Source of the DNA: an uncultured Gemmatimonadales bacterium
GTDB taxonomy: Bacteria; Gemmatimonadota; Gemmatimonadetes; Gemmatimonadales; JACORV01
Length of the DNA stretch: 64,000 bases
Direction of reading: 5' to 3'
NCBI GenBank assembly: GCA_963718005.1
Contig: CAVQXV010000007.1
Span: 1,157-65,156, forward strand
Part shown: in pieces, positions 63,099 through 64,000 of the stretch
Position numbering within the stretch: the stretch's first letter is position 1
Layout: the number at the start of each line of letters is the position of its first letter
Notes under the pieces: model-generated
Databases searched by the model: none
What the model saw: the letters and a program-made list of their open reading frames with translations, nothing else
What the model was told of the DNA's origin: nothing
Translations under genes and position numbers: made by a program

Positions 63099-63159
63099 CA
63101 GTTGCGAGGCGACAGGGTTCAGAACAGTTGCCAGACGCCAAGTTGCCAGTGGTTACCAG
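63099..63159 (-). promoter_or_regulatory. conserved leader element (copy 2), in the secA-radC spacer
   Basis: The plus strand reads CAGTTGCGAGGCGACAGGGTTCAGAACAGTTGCCAGACGCCAAGTTGCCAGTGGTTACCAG. Positions 63115-63159 align with 24124-24176 upstream of recA. Confidence 0.5.
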
Positions 63160-63193
63160 AGGCGAGTCAGGCCGGCCGACCGATCCCTGAACT

Positions 63194-64000
63194 CTATAAT
63201 GCGGCGCCGTGGCACTTCTTGAACTTCTTCCCCGAGCCGCAGGGGCACGGGTCGTTGCGCCCCGTCTTCTCCCAGCCCGCCGGGAGCCCAGCGCCGACGG
63301 CCCGCCGAACCGGTTCCCGCCCACCACCACGTTGCGCGCGGCGGCGGCCGGGGCCGCCGGGGCGACAGCGCGTCCTCCTCGACCAGGCCCGACGCGCCGC
63401 CGACGCGCCCGCTCGGCTCGCCCGGACCGCGCAGCGCCGGGCCGGTGAACGTCCGCGGCGGCGGACGGCGGCGGCTGCGGCGGCTGCGGCGGACCGGCGG
63501 TGACCTGCACCTTGAAGAACTGCTCGGTGAAGGTGGCCCGGAGGTCGCGCCATCAGGTCCACGAACATCCCGAAGGCTTCCTGCTTGTACTCGACCAGCG
63601 GGTCCTTCTGGCCCCAGGCGCGGTAGGTGATGGCGTTGCGGAGCTGGTCGAGGTCGTACAGGTGGTCCTTCCACTTCTCGTCCAGCGAGCGCAGCATCAC
63701 CTGGCTCACCACCTGGTCGGCGAGCTTGGGCACCTGGTACTGGCGGCCGTACTCGTCCAGCGCCTGCACCTTCCGCGCGAACGCCTCGCGGGCGTGCCGC
63801 TTGACCAGGTCGAACAGCTCGTCCCGGCTGGCGACGCCCCGCTGGGCGAGCTCGGGCACCGTGAGCAGGAACTTCATCTGCAGCGTCTCGTGCAGCGTGG
63901 CCAGGTCCCACAGCTCCGGGTGCTTGTTCACGCCGACGACCTCGTCCACCGGCCGCTCCAGCGCGCCCTCGACCATCCGGATCGCCTCGGCCTTCGACTC
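63194..64000 (-). CDS. secA: preprotein translocase ATPase SecA, C-terminal part only (gene continues beyond the window end); frameshifted
   Basis: ORF 63194-63976 reads [48 protein letters not shown] and ends with the zinc-binding tail [19 protein letters not shown]. The linker between these two pieces is readable only in another frame. Confidence 0.85.
   Translation of the reverse strand, partial: ESKAEAIRMVEGALERPVDEVVGVNKHPELWDLATLHETLQMKFLLTVPELAQRGVASRDELFDLVKRHAREAFARKVQALDEYGRQYQVPKLADQVVSQVMLRSLDEKWKDHLYDLDQLRNAITYRAWGQKDPLVEYKQEAFGMFVDLMARPPGHLHRAVLQGAGHRRSAAAAAAAAVRRRGRSPARRCAVRASRAGASAARRAWSRRTRCRPGGPGRRRAQRGGGREPVRRAVGAGLPAGWEKTGRNDPCPCGSGKKFKKCHGAAL

Noticed and set aside
63125-63150. 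The TGGCAAC ... TGGCAAC words in the radC leader as a sigma-54 promoter (TGGCAC-N5-TTGC).
   Set aside because: The spacing and the -12 element do not fit. The recA copy has TCGCAAC instead of TGGCAAC, so the GG dinucleotide essential for sigma-54 is not conserved.

Overview
High-GC, very gene-dense chromosomal segment from a diderm bacterium. LptD, Tol-Pal, Tat, a PcrB/GGGPS homologue and several large TPR proteins give it a Gemmatimonadota/FCB-like flavour, but that is inference only. I can support about 65 protein-coding genes, and all but three (aspartyl protease, MarR, PpiD) lie on the minus strand. Many are joined by 1-8 nt start/stop overlaps.

Gene content, left to right:
- 1-9.8 kb: a visibly lower-GC polysaccharide (O-antigen/EPS-type) cluster with a WbpB/WbpE/WbpD-like oxidoreductase, aminotransferase and acetyltransferase set.
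- hflX, a retropepsin-like protease, and phd-vapC fused to rarA.
- MarR, a ZIP transporter, cca, an SDR, gmhA-like, a CpsB-like phosphatase, pcrB-like, alaS, recX-recA, yraN and ftsK.
- comB, accC, pilT, accB, pepP and aroQ, then a large TPR protein, ppiD, tatA, ispB-like, a second large TPR protein and hutI-hutU.
- A lipoprotein, lptD, tatC, ybgF-pal-tolB-tolA-tolR-tolQ, an epimerase, a LysM protein and ssb.
- rimI-tsaB-tsaE-uvrB-relA-radC and the 3' end of secA.

I found no rRNA, tRNA, CRISPR array, transposase, integrase or recognisable defence island. This looks like core genome apart from the sugar cluster.

Two things stand out. First, roughly 25 genes, including essential ones, are split over two to four reading frames. 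This is most simply explained by indel errors in the assembly, so whole-gene spans are given and flagged. Second, there are repeats that normal annotation would not explain:
- Two related ~165-nt palindromic intergenic elements built from GTGAGRR heptads around a shared hairpin core.
- Short degenerate G/T-rich heptad tracts (GGTTGTG type) embedded in hflX, ftsK, tolA and the recA leader.
- A ~45-nt element shared by the leaders of recA-recX and radC-relA-uvrB.
- A 16-bp near-palindrome present three times.

I see no convincing novel multi-gene system. The candidate regulatory or repeat elements are the most interesting content.
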